Positions 40,841 through 50,461 of a DNA stretch of 64,000 nt are shown piece after piece. Under the pieces are notes generated by a model. That model saw only the letters and a list, made by a program, of their open reading frames with translations. It had not been told where the DNA came from and did not search any database. The stretch is from an uncultured Candidatus Saccharibacteria bacterium (GTDB lineage Bacteria; Patescibacteriota; Minisyncoccia; UBA6257; 1-14-0-10-44-23): assembly GCA_964394435.1 (NCBI GenBank), contig CAYMXN010000002.1, positions 14,196 to 78,195 of the forward strand, read 5' to 3'. Within the stretch, counting starts at the first letter, position 1. Each line of letters begins with the position of its first letter. The position numbers were made by a program, and so were the translations under genes.

Positions 40841-41113
40841 TTCATTGGTAGTTGAAGGCACGAGAATAAAGAGCTTCTCGTCTGGCTTCTTGTAATTAAA
40901 CTGGGCGGTAGATTCTTTGGCAAGATTTGGATCTTGACGATAGTACTCAAGGTCCTGCTCAAGCTTAGCATTTTCCGCCTCGAGCGCCTTCATCTGCAGA
41001 CCCAACTCGTCTGAACGCTTAGTTAGCTCATTTTTCTGATCAATAAGCTGGTATAGCTGAAAGCTTGCAAAGACTAGAATAGCAGCTAAAAACAATATGA
41101 GAAAGAATTTCAT
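40832..41113 (-). CDS. Septum formation initiator (FtsB/DivIC family)
   Basis: N-terminal TM, coiled coil, YKKPDE. Confidence 0.75.
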   Translation of the reverse strand: MKFFLILFLAAILVFASFQLYQLIDQKNELTKRSDELGLQMKALEAENAKLEQDLEYYRQDPNLAKESTAQFNYKKPDEKLFILVPSTTNESR

Positions 41114-41232
41114 CCCGTTAGAGGCAACTCTTATATTGTATAAGCGACCGGTAGGAGTTCATGGGTATTGATATATTGTAGCGTATATTCGTATATAGCA
41201 CGGGTGGCAGAGCCGCCCTGCCCCTAACGGGA
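41113..41232. mobile_element. MITE-like 120-bp element
   Basis: tcccgttagaggca...tgcccctaacggga; AT lies directly outside the cccg/cggg core at both ends. Confidence 0.8.
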
Positions 41233-41308
41233 TGAGTCGCCTTTCATTATAGCGGAAAATGTACGACCAACCAAAAAACCGCTGACGCGGTTTTTTGAAA
41301 GGAAAGGA

Positions 41309-42067
41309 TTACTTAATCTCGTATGTAACGTTAACCGTTACGTTGATGTCCTGCTCTCCCGGCTGAATGCTTGGAGCAACTGGCGCAGAAGATCCAGCTT
41401 CTGCCTTTACTGCGTACACTCGGTCGTAGTATGGCATAGGGTATCCGCCGTTTGACTCACTAAATGTGATCACACGAGCGATGCGGACTCCATTGGCGCG
41501 CGCCATTGACTCGGCCTTGGCGCGTGCCTGCTCAAACGCTTCGGCGCGTGCCTCTGCTTGCTTTGCCTCTGGGTTCTCAACGCTAAAGCTTAATTGACTA
41601 ATCTGATTAACCCCCTGCGCAGTGAGCCCACCCATTACCTCGCCCACCTTGGCAAGATTACGCATCTTTACCGTAACCGTCTGACTTAGCTCATATCCGA
41701 TAATGTTTGATTGGCTTGAGAGCTTGTCGTACTGATATCGTGGGTACAAGTTGTAGCCAGTGGTCGTGATATCCTTTTCGGCAATATCTTTTGACTTCAA
41801 GTACTCGATTACTTTATTGATTTTCGTGGTATTCGCGGTTTGAATTGCGGCTGGATCGGTTCCATTAGAAACGACCGAGAAAGAAGCCGTGGCGATATCT
41901 GGAGCGACACTTACCTTGCCCTCTCCGCTTACCATAATCGTGCGACTTGGATTTACCGCGTTACTTCCTCGAACAATTGCCTGAATGCCTACAAGCCCGA
42001 ACACAATCGCTACAATGAGCGAAACATTTACGAGCTTCCACATAATCGACTTTACTGAATAATCCAT
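41309..42067 (-). CDS. SIMPL (DUF541) domain protein
   Basis: VSGEGKV..APD, ITTT.YNLYP.Y, IQPGEQ.I.V.V.VTY. Confidence 0.9.
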   Translation of the reverse strand: MDYSVKSIMWKLVNVSLIVAIVFGLVGIQAIVRGSNAVNPSRTIMVSGEGKVSVAPDIATASFSVVSNGTDPAAIQTANTTKINKVIEYLKSKDIAEKDITTTGYNLYPRYQYDKLSSQSNIIGYELSQTVTVKMRNLAKVGEVMGGLTAQGVNQISQLSFSVENPEAKQAEARAEAFEQARAKAESMARANGVRIARVITFSESNGGYPMPYYDRVYAVKAEAGSSAPVAPSIQPGEQDINVTVNVTYEIK

Positions 42068-42121
42068 ACTGTTTAATAAATTAATTGTTAATACTTGCTT
42101 ATATACTGTACAACGCGCGGA

Positions 42122-42859
42122 CTATGCTTTTGTGACAATTTTAGTAATCGATTTTATTTCTGCCACTTTGAGACTCGCTCCCCCAATCAACACTCCATCA
42201 ATCTGCGCCTCTGTTAAAAATGAAAGGATGTCTGACGAACTTACCGAACCACCATATAACACCTTTACTGGTTTTGAGAGGTCAGTAGTTTGACTCTTGA
42301 TATACGAAGCAATCTCATTTGCATCAGTCGGCGTCTCCACGCTTAATCCGGCAGTCTTTTCGGAAGTTGAGATCGCCCAAACTGGCTCGTAGGCTACGAT
42401 GAGCGGCTTTTTAAACTCGCGACCTCTTACTTGGACTAATGCGACTCGCAACTGATGATCAAGAACTTCGTGCGTCTGTCCAAGCTGTCGCTGCTCACCG
42501 GTTTCACCCACGCACAAAATTGGGGTAAGTCCGGCTTCAAATGCACATACGAGCTTTTGCCCAATCTCCTCATCAGTCTCCCCTAATGCTCGCCGCTCGG
42601 AGTGCCCAATAATTACATACTCTGCTCCCACTGCTTTAATTTGATCCGCAGAATACTCGCCCGTCAGCGGGCCCATTCGTTTTACTGATACGTTTTGCGC
42701 ACCCACCTTTGCCTTCGTTAATACCTTCTTCGCCTCGCCAATAAACGGTGCTGGTGGACAGACTACCCACTGGACAGCATCTGTTGCCTTAAATAATTTC
42801 AGCGCTTCAGCCTTGGTTTGCGGATTCATCTTCCAGTTTGCGATAAGTAGTTTTTTCAT
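42122..42859 (-). CDS. tpiA: Triosephosphate isomerase
   Basis: ANWKMN, GHSERR, AYEPVWAI, LYGGSV, GGASL. Confidence 0.97.
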   Translation of the reverse strand: MKKLLIANWKMNPQTKAEALKLFKATDAVQWVVCPPAPFIGEAKKVLTKAKVGAQNVSVKRMGPLTGEYSADQIKAVGAEYVIIGHSERRALGETDEEIGQKLVCAFEAGLTPILCVGETGEQRQLGQTHEVLDHQLRVALVQVRGREFKKPLIVAYEPVWAISTSEKTAGLSVETPTDANEIASYIKSQTTDLSKPVKVLYGGSVSSSDILSFLTEAQIDGVLIGGASLKVAEIKSITKIVTKA

Positions 42860-42862
42860 AGA

Positions 42863-43321
42863 TTAGAAAATAGCGGCGATACCGAGCGTGGCGACCAGCA
42901 CGATACAGCCAGCAGTAATTACCCCTAATGATATCGCATAGAATGACTTCCTCAAAGGTAGGTCAAAGATGAATGCGGCGATGGTCGCACTCCACGCACC
43001 GGTCAGCGGAAACGGAACAGCGGTAAAGATAAATAACCCAATCACCCCCATTGCGGTGAACAACTGGGTATGTCTTACCCGTGTACGCTCAAATAGCCAG
43101 TTAAAAAATCGATTTGCCCAATACAAATGCTGACTCAATACTTTTGAAAGCTTGTGCCAGAAATACAGAAGTGGAAGTATCGGCGCAATATTACCAATTA
43201 CTGACAAGAGGAGTGCCTTGATCGCTGAAAAATGAAACACCCCGATGGCGAGCGGAATAGCGCCACGCAATTCAGAAATAGGCGCAGCTGCGACAAGCAT
43301 CGTGATTAGTTCTTGCTTCAT
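42863..43321 (-). CDS. Small multi-drug export protein family (COG2426-like)
   Basis: P.SELRGAIP, VPFPLTGAWS. Confidence 0.85.
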   Translation of the reverse strand: MKQELITMLVAAAPISELRGAIPLAIGVFHFSAIKALLLSVIGNIAPILPLLYFWHKLSKVLSQHLYWANRFFNWLFERTRVRHTQLFTAMGVIGLFIFTAVPFPLTGAWSATIAAFIFDLPLRKSFYAISLGVITAGCIVLVATLGIAAIF

Positions 43322-43324
43322 AGA

Positions 43325-45211
43325 TTATTCAGTCGGCGCTACATTAATACGATTATCGTAATACCATTGTAGTACATCTTTAGCGATTGGCACTGCGTTT
43401 AAGCTTCCCTCTTTTGCATCTTCGACGAGCACGAGAATTGCGATCTCCGGCTCGTCAGCAGGAGCGTACCCGACAAAAAAGGCGTTTGTTTTTGTGTTGT
43501 TTTGAATCTGTGCACTACCTGTTTTCGCCGCCACTGACATTGGTAAATCGGCGAGCTTATACGACGTACCATAACTCTTACTCGCACCATCACGCATACC
43601 CTGCCTGACATCAGCTAGCTCACTCTTAAATGCTGAACTGTAATCAAGTAAGAGCTGGGGTTCTTGTAAGTCTTTTGTTATCTTTCCACCCGCACTCATC
43701 TCTAAGGCGAGCTTAGGCGCGAATAACTTACCGCCATTAGCGATCGAGGAGATAAAGTTAATCAACTGAATCGGCGAGACGAGGAGATCTCCCTGTCCAA
43801 TCGAAACGTTATACGTATCACCAATACGCCACGGCTGTCCGGTGCGTTTTTCCTTTTCGGCGGCGTCTGGAAGAAATCCTGTATTTTCAGAATCAGCATC
43901 GATATTGGTTTTTTGTCCAAATCCAAAATACTGCCAATACTGCTTAAGCTTATCAATACCTAACCCTTTTATCGCTGGCTCACCCGGACTTCCCGGAAAG
44001 CCACCACCAACCTCATAGAAGTATACGTTTGAAGAACGCGCGAGTGCCGAGTGCACATCTACCCATCCCTGCGGTCGCCAGTCAACAAATCGGCTCGGTT
44101 TATCCGGGAAAAACGGGTTAGCGATCTCAATATAGCCTTTTGAGTAAATCTGAAAATCTGGCGTGACAATATTTTCTTTTAAAGCGGCGAGTGCTACCAA
44201 TGGCTTAATGATTGATCCTGGGTTGTATGCTCCTAATAATGCGCGATTAAATAATGGCTTGCGCTTATCAGTAAAGAGCGAGGTAAGCTCGCTACCTGCA
44301 CCGGGAGTGACGAACAAATTGTTGTCATAGCTTGGCTCACTAATGAGTGCCAATACCTGGCCAGTCTTTGGCTGCATCGCAATCCCAACGCCACCACTCA
44401 CCCCAAGACTGCGCAGACTTTGTGATAGTCTTTGATGAAAATACTCTTGGAGCTTGGCATCGATTGTCGTCTTTAATATCTGCCCCGCCTCTGGCTCGCT
44501 GACAATGCGCTCATCAATCTGCTTACCCTTAGCATCTTTATATATAGCTTTCGCACCGTCGGTTCCGCGCAGCGATGCATCATAATAACTCTCGAGCCCA
44601 CTTTTTCCGACGATATCATTACTCGTCTTACTCACCCCGGTATAGCCAATCACCTGACTAAATACTGGCCCCTCAACATACTCTCGTCGATAGTCATTGC
44701 GCACCTCTACTTCAGGAATCGCCAACCCTTTAATCGCAATCGCTGTCTCTGGCGAGACGTTGCGCGCTACAGCAACAGTGCTTTTTTTCTCAAAATCATT
44801 GGTTTGAATAATCGTACGAACCTCATCTGGAGCAAGCTCAAGCGCCTGGGAAAGTTTATCAATCACCTCTTCAAAATGACGCCTATCTTTTAAAAGACTC
44901 GCGGTACTCACAAACACACTGAATGTTTCGGCATTTTTCGCGAGCACCTCACCGTACCGATCGGTAATTAATCCACGATGCGCCGGAAGCGAAACTTCTT
45001 GGTTAGCGTTAGCCTGTGCACGAGCTGCGTAGAAACTCTTTTTCGTCATATTTAAAAACGCAACGCGCCCAAGGACAATAAAGCTTGTAATCCCAGCGAG
45101 AATCAATACAAACAAAAAGACGCGTTGCGAAATCGGAAGCTCTACATAGCCAGCATCCTTATCTGCAAACGCTTCTGACACAAAATCATCGAATTGAAGA
45201 TCGTGCTTCAT
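43325..45211 (-). CDS. mrdA: Penicillin-binding protein 2
   Basis: RG.ITDR, PGSIIK, SSN, KTG; follows mreBCD. Confidence 0.92.
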   Translation of the reverse strand: MKHDLQFDDFVSEAFADKDAGYVELPISQRVFLFVLILAGITSFIVLGRVAFLNMTKKSFYAARAQANANQEVSLPAHRGLITDRYGEVLAKNAETFSVFVSTASLLKDRRHFEEVIDKLSQALELAPDEVRTIIQTNDFEKKSTVAVARNVSPETAIAIKGLAIPEVEVRNDYRREYVEGPVFSQVIGYTGVSKTSNDIVGKSGLESYYDASLRGTDGAKAIYKDAKGKQIDERIVSEPEAGQILKTTIDAKLQEYFHQRLSQSLRSLGVSGGVGIAMQPKTGQVLALISEPSYDNNLFVTPGAGSELTSLFTDKRKPLFNRALLGAYNPGSIIKPLVALAALKENIVTPDFQIYSKGYIEIANPFFPDKPSRFVDWRPQGWVDVHSALARSSNVYFYEVGGGFPGSPGEPAIKGLGIDKLKQYWQYFGFGQKTNIDADSENTGFLPDAAEKEKRTGQPWRIGDTYNVSIGQGDLLVSPIQLINFISSIANGGKLFAPKLALEMSAGGKITKDLQEPQLLLDYSSAFKSELADVRQGMRDGASKSYGTSYKLADLPMSVAAKTGSAQIQNNTKTNAFFVGYAPADEPEIAILVLVEDAKEGSLNAVPIAKDVLQWYYDNRINVAPTE

Positions 45212-45656
45212 ATAATCGTCTTAGCACTGCAGCAAGCAGTAAACCAATACACCCATTATAGATGATTTCTTTCACGACAATGACTGGGTGGGTATAGATA
45301 AAGTCTGGAGCGACAATTAGCGTATTAATGAGCGTCGCAACGACTACCACAATCAGGGTCGCTCCAGTAGCAACTTGTACTACGCGCTCTTTGAGCCAAA
45401 AAATAATAAGCATCGCGCTTAATAGACCGATCGCCTCCTTGCTTACCCCAGGCGTAAATCTGGCAAAAATAAGACTGAAGAATAATAGCCAACCATATGC
45501 TGCGAAGTCTTGCGCAAAGAGCGTGCAGACTGCGGCCACTACAAGAATAAGGTTGGGTTTTATACCAAACGCAGTCAACACTCCCATTTGCTCAACTACA
45601 GCAGAAAAAAATAGGAGGGAGAAAAAAACTACTACCTGATAATTACCTTGGCGCAT
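45186..45656 (-). CDS. mreD: MreD-like membrane protein
   Basis: KPNLIL, multi-TM, between mreC and pbp2. Confidence 0.7.
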   Translation of the reverse strand: MRQGNYQVVVFFSLLFFSAVVEQMGVLTAFGIKPNLILVVAAVCTLFAQDFAAYGWLLFFSLIFARFTPGVSKEAIGLLSAMLIIFWLKERVVQVATGATLIVVVVATLINTLIVAPDFIYTHPVIVVKEIIYNGCIGLLLAAVLRRLYEARSSIR

Positions 45657-45659
45657 ATA

Positions 45660-46379
45660 CTATTTAACTCGGACCAGTACGGTTTCAATATCGCTCATTT
45701 GGTATGGAATTGTGATGTCGGCCTCACGAAACACTCCTTCAACCGTCTCTCGCAACTCACCTACCTGACCAAGCTCAATCCCGAATGGTAAATCCTTACT
45801 CGCACTGATTACCGTCTCGCCACCAAGCACTGTTTTCTTCTTGGAGATCAGCGTTAGCTTTGGCGTATGCCCTCCAACATAGAGTGCATCAACTTTATTC
45901 GCCCCAATCTTTACCGGAATCTCCCAATTAGGAGTTAAGATCGTCTTTACGACACTCTGATTGCTATACACGTTAATAATCTGACCCAGTAAAATACCCT
46001 TATCGGCGTATACTGCCATTCCTTCTTTGATGCCCTGTTCGCTTCCCGCATTGATGAGCAGCTCATCGCTCACATTGAGCGGATAGTATGAGTACACGCT
46101 CGCGCTTACATATAACTCCTTCCCCTCCTCTACAAACTGCGGCCGCTGGAGCAACTCAACGAGTTGAGCGCGCAAGCTCTGATTTTCCAATTGTAATGTT
46201 TGGATCTGCCGTGAAAGTGCGACGCGATTAAATAAACTTTGAATGAACACCACTGGCGCCTGAAACGCCTGGCCAAATCTCGAAACAAGATATGTCTTAG
46301 GGGCGAACAAAAGCTGGCTTAAAAAAAACAATACTGAAAGCGCTAGTACGAGCGCCAAGATAGTACTTCGTCCTCTCAT
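45660..46379 (-). CDS. mreC: Rod shape-determining protein MreC
   Basis: TM, LENQSLR coiled coil, INAGSEQGI, P.GI.LG. Confidence 0.9.
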   Translation of the reverse strand: MRGRSTILALVLALSVLFFLSQLLFAPKTYLVSRFGQAFQAPVVFIQSLFNRVALSRQIQTLQLENQSLRAQLVELLQRPQFVEEGKELYVSASVYSYYPLNVSDELLINAGSEQGIKEGMAVYADKGILLGQIINVYSNQSVVKTILTPNWEIPVKIGANKVDALYVGGHTPKLTLISKKKTVLGGETVISASKDLPFGIELGQVGELRETVEGVFREADITIPYQMSDIETVLVRVK

Positions 46380-46384
46380 AGATG

Positions 46385-47434
46385 TTAAAGCTTAATATCC
46401 CGTGGCTTAAGCGGGTTGTCGAGAATGTAATCGTACTTCTCGAGATTTTCTACTGCCAGGCCGGTGCCGCGAGCAACACATGTAAGTGGGTCATCTACGA
46501 TATTCACGAGCACAGAAAGTTCCTTGCTGATTAGCTGATCAATCCCACGCAAAAGTGATCCCCCACCACACATATAAATACCACGTTTTAAGATATCGCC
46601 GACGAGCTCTGGTGGTGCGACCTCAATAACCTCGCGCACCGACTCAACGATCTGCTTAAGCGATTTTGCGAGTGCGGCTCGAATATGCGTGTCTTTTAAA
46701 AGAATTTCTTTCGGCAACCCCGTGGCGAGATCGCGCCCGCGCACCGGCATCTCAAGCTTTTCAGTTGGCGGAATTGCTGACCCGATTGATATTTTTAAAT
46801 CTTCTGCGGTCGGCTCGCCAATTGCCAAGTGGAACTCATCGCGAACGAACTTAATAATATCGTCATTAAACTTATCGCCGGCAACCTTCAAGCTTTTTAC
46901 AGTAACCGTGCCACCCATTGAGATAATCGCCATCTCGGTCGTTCCTCCGCCGATGTCGATAATCATATTCGCAACTGGCTCGTGAACCGGTAAGCGCGCG
47001 CCTAATGCGGCAGCGAGTGCGGACTCGATTACGTACGCCTTAGAAACTCCGGCGCCAATAACCGCATCTTCAACTGACTTGCGCTCAACTTCGGTTAGGT
47101 CGGCTGGTACGCCGATAACTGCTTTGTGGTAGTAGCTGAAAAAATTATTCTGCCCGAGCTTTTTTAAAAATGCGCGCAAAATCTCCTGCGCCATTTCGAA
47201 GTCAGAAATAACTCCATTAACGAGCGGACGGATAACGCTGATCTGCAGCGGTGTGCGCCCAAGCATCTCTTTGGCCTCTTTGCCAACCGCAACCACCTTA
47301 CCGGTTTTGTTGTTGACGGCGACGCAGCTCGGCTCATTAATCACAATGCCCCGCCCCGCGAGATACACGAGAGAGTTGGCTGTGCCTAAGTCGATACCGA
47401 CGTCACGCTTAAAGATGCCAAATGGATTCTTCAT
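46385..47434 (-). CDS. mreB: Rod shape-determining protein MreB
   Basis: GIDLGTAN, EPS, DIGGGTTE, PPEL, GGG. Confidence 0.96.
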   Translation of the reverse strand: MKNPFGIFKRDVGIDLGTANSLVYLAGRGIVINEPSCVAVNNKTGKVVAVGKEAKEMLGRTPLQISVIRPLVNGVISDFEMAQEILRAFLKKLGQNNFFSYYHKAVIGVPADLTEVERKSVEDAVIGAGVSKAYVIESALAAALGARLPVHEPVANMIIDIGGGTTEMAIISMGGTVTVKSLKVAGDKFNDDIIKFVRDEFHLAIGEPTAEDLKISIGSAIPPTEKLEMPVRGRDLATGLPKEILLKDTHIRAALAKSLKQIVESVREVIEVAPPELVGDILKRGIYMCGGGSLLRGIDQLISKELSVLVNIVDDPLTCVARGTGLAVENLEKYDYILDNPLKPRDIKL

Positions 47435-47480
47435 ATCGTGCCCGTATCATAGCAGACGGCCCGTAGATTATTCAATAGGA

Positions 47481-47502
47481 CCCTTCGGGCATACTCAGGG
47501 CG
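47481..47502 (+). repeat. REP-like hairpin
   Basis: cccttcgggcatactcagggcg, similar to cccttcggtgcgctcagggcg at 60036. Confidence 0.55.
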
Positions 47503-47564
47503 AGCACGACTTGACTAAATCGACTGAAATCTAAAACCGCCCAGCGGGCGGTTTTAGGCAGTCA

Positions 47565-48806
47565 TTATTTGATGTGGTCGATGAGATGGTCGGCTTTCAC
47601 TATCTTCTCCTCACCTGTCCGGCGGTGGCGTACTTCGTACCCACCTTTCTCGAGCGTCTTCTCGCTTACTACTATACGATATGGAATACCAAGCAAATCG
47701 GCGTCATTGAGTTTTTGGCCGGCGGTTGCGTCGCGATCGTCAAACAATACTTCGACATTTTCGTTACGAAGTTTTTTATACAACTCTTCAGCCGCTTTTT
47801 CTGCCTCTCCGGTTTTACTCTTAAGCGAGATCAAGTGTGCGCGAAATGGCGCGACTGATTCTGGCCAGACAATTCCCTTTTCGTCTGAAAGCACTTCGAC
47901 GATCGTACCCATCACGCGCCCCAAACCGATACCATAACAACCCATTACCACCGGCTGAAGCTCACCCTTTTCATCTTTATAGGTAACTTTAAACGGCTCG
48001 GTAAACTTAGTCTTGAGCTCAAAGATGTTTCCCACCTCAATCGCCTTTTCTTCTCGTAGGCCGGTCGCGCCACATTGCGGACAGTTCGGTTGATCGGCTT
48101 TGATTTCTTTGTTCACTGCGATCGCGCACTGGTCGCAAAGATAGATGATATCCTCACCAGCCGAGGTAAGTGTCTGAAACTCGTGGCTATACTTACTAAA
48201 ACTTCCACCTGAAGCGTAGGTTACATAGGTGCGCTCACCAATACCAACGCGCTTAAATATTTCGCGATACGCCTGCTTCATAATCTCGTAGTACATCTTT
48301 AAATCTTTCTCATCGCGATGGAACGAATAGAAGTCCTTCATAATAAACTCACGGCCGCGCAAAATACCGCTCTTCGCGCGCAGCTCCATACGGAACTTGT
48401 TTTGGAATTGATAGACGCCAAACGGCAGGTCTTTATAGGAAGAGATAAACTGCTTAGCGAGCGGAACTACGATTTCTTCGTGGGTTGGACCGAGAGCGTT
48501 TTCACGACCCGAAGCGTCTTTGACTTTGTACAAGTCATCCATCGTCGTCCAGCGACCGGTCGTCTCCCAGTTTTCTTTTGGATGGAGCGACGGCATCAGT
48601 ACCTCTTGTCCGCCAACCTTATTCATCTCCTCGCGGATAATCGTTTCGATTTTTCGCAGCACGCGAAGACCAAGCGGTAAGTAGGTGTATACCCCGGCTT
48701 GAAGCTTATCGATATAGCCAGCACGAATTAAGAGCTGGGCGTTTTTAGCCACCTCTTCAGACGGATTGTCTTTTTGAGTGCGGGTAAATAGTTCGGTTTG
48801 TCTCAT
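47565..48806 (-). CDS. proS: Proline--tRNA ligase (short form)
   Basis: LGPTHEE, KFR.E.R..G.LRGREF.MKD.YSF, IEVGNIF.L, MGCYGIG. Confidence 0.95.
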   Translation of the reverse strand: MRQTELFTRTQKDNPSEEVAKNAQLLIRAGYIDKLQAGVYTYLPLGLRVLRKIETIIREEMNKVGGQEVLMPSLHPKENWETTGRWTTMDDLYKVKDASGRENALGPTHEEIVVPLAKQFISSYKDLPFGVYQFQNKFRMELRAKSGILRGREFIMKDFYSFHRDEKDLKMYYEIMKQAYREIFKRVGIGERTYVTYASGGSFSKYSHEFQTLTSAGEDIIYLCDQCAIAVNKEIKADQPNCPQCGATGLREEKAIEVGNIFELKTKFTEPFKVTYKDEKGELQPVVMGCYGIGLGRVMGTIVEVLSDEKGIVWPESVAPFRAHLISLKSKTGEAEKAAEELYKKLRNENVEVLFDDRDATAGQKLNDADLLGIPYRIVVSEKTLEKGGYEVRHRRTGEEKIVKADHLIDHIK

Positions 48807-48910
48807 ACGCCCATTATACAGAAATAATCGTCCTATACAAAAATTGACACCCCACTCGGCTTTTGATAAAAATCAGCTAGCACCTTTCATCCTCTTTTGG
48901 AGAATGCGTT

Positions 48911-49291
48911 ATGCGCAAGCACCAGGCTGGTTATACGGGAACTGAAGTAATCATCACTTTCGCCCTCATCGCCCTTTTAGCGTCGGCGGTGGCCGGGCTT
49001 CTAAGCGTGACTCGAAGATACAAAGAGCAGACTGAACGAACGACTGCTCTCGCAGGCTGGCTCACTGCCAACAACCCCGAGATGAACTTCTCGGCGAAGG
49101 TTGGTGATACGTGCGGATGCGATCACGGCAAGACCGTCCCCTATCAGCTCGAGCTGATGGACAAGGTCTCGGACAAGTTCGCTCCCGGACTCATCTTCGT
49201 CGTCGAGCAACCGAAAGAACGCCCACTCCAGAAGGGGCAGCTCGTCACGCTCCACCTAGTCGACGGCAAGATCGAAGTCGAAAGCCCTTGA
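48911..49291 (+). CDS. GC-richer orphan with pilin-like N-terminus
   Basis: QAG|YTGTEVII plus hydrophobic helix; TTGACA upstream, GGAG SD, terminator 49298-49330. Confidence 0.65.
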   Translation: MRKHQAGYTGTEVIITFALIALLASAVAGLLSVTRRYKEQTERTTALAGWLTANNPEMNFSAKVGDTCGCDHGKTVPYQLELMDKVSDKFAPGLIFVVEQPKERPLQKGQLVTLHLVDGKIEVESP

Positions 49292-49335
49292 TTCTCAAAG
49301 CCCCACCTCCCTGCGGAGGTCGGGCTTTTTAATTT

Positions 49336-50382
49336 TTAAAATAATCGAATGATATCCCGACCCGTAATTGCAATCATCAGAATAAAGAGTAGCCCAAACC
49401 CAACGAGGTTAAAGACAAGCTCTTTTTTCTGACCAATTGGCGAACCCTTTATTTTTTCAATGATGATAAATAAGAAACGACCGCCGTCTAAAGCAGGAAA
49501 TGGAATCGCGTTAAGAATTGCGAGGTTGAGCGAGATCATGCCAAGTAGCTGCATCAGATAAACGAGACCGAGGCCGCCAAGCTGATTGGCTACGCCCCAG
49601 ATACCAATTGGCCCAACTACGCCCTCAAGTAGTTCCGCGTGTACAAATAGCCGACTCACCATCGAGCCGAATGTCTGAAGAATCTGACCCATCACTTCGA
49701 GCGAGGTCGTCAGCCCTTTCCAAAGAGCGGTGAAAAATGGAAGCTTTTCAAATCCGGCTTCAGAAATAATAACGCCGGTTGCGCCCTGCCCTTTTATATT
49801 TTCTAAGCGCGGCGTAACTTCAACATTTATTTTCTCTCCATTGCGGGTTATCTCAATCGGAAATACTTGGCCACGATGAGCCTCGGTTGCCTGAATAAAA
49901 TCTGAAGCGGTTTTAAACTGTAATACTTGGTCGCCTGGAAGGATACCGGCGAGTGCGGCCGGAGAGTCCGGCATCACATTGGTAATCACTACCGCTTGCG
50001 GTGCGCCCACCATAAATACTGCCGAGAGTAAGAGCCAGCCGGCGAAGAAGTTAATCGCCACCCCGGCAAATACAATCGTTAAACGGCGCCAGGCGCTTTG
50101 GTGCGCAAAGCTACGCGAAGGTTCGATGATCTCCCCGGTCTGTGCGGCTCGGCGCTCCATCTGCTCCTTGCTTTCACCATAGATTTTTACAAATCCGCCA
50201 AACGGGATCCAGTTAAAGCTGTACTCGGTCTCCCCTTTTTTAATCGCAAAGATGCGCGGCGGAAACCCAAAGCCAAACTCCTCGACTTTCAGCCCCGCTT
50301 GCTTAGCGGCGATAAAGTGACCAGCCTCGTGGACGATAATAAGCAGTGAGATTCCAATAACAATGATTAATCCAAATAACAT
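49336..50382 (-). CDS. rseP: Site-2 protease RseP (M50, PDZ)
   Basis: HEAGH, GFGFP, P.GGFVK, N.IPFPALDGG. Confidence 0.94.
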   Translation of the reverse strand: MLFGLIIVIGISLLIIVHEAGHFIAAKQAGLKVEEFGFGFPPRIFAIKKGETEYSFNWIPFGGFVKIYGESKEQMERRAAQTGEIIEPSRSFAHQSAWRRLTIVFAGVAINFFAGWLLLSAVFMVGAPQAVVITNVMPDSPAALAGILPGDQVLQFKTASDFIQATEAHRGQVFPIEITRNGEKINVEVTPRLENIKGQGATGVIISEAGFEKLPFFTALWKGLTTSLEVMGQILQTFGSMVSRLFVHAELLEGVVGPIGIWGVANQLGGLGLVYLMQLLGMISLNLAILNAIPFPALDGGRFLFIIIEKIKGSPIGQKKELVFNLVGFGLLFILMIAITGRDIIRLF

Positions 50383-50461
50383 ATGTGCTTATTGTAAGGG
50401 AAAATAGGTACTAGCGCCACTCAATGAATCACCCCCACTAGAAGTCTGGTGGGGGTGATTT

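Noticed and set aside
40721-41232. Possible CRISPR array or DGR template/variable repeat pair
   Set aside because: Only two 120-bp copies flank a gene; mismatches are not adenine-specific; no cas or reverse transcriptase gene in the window
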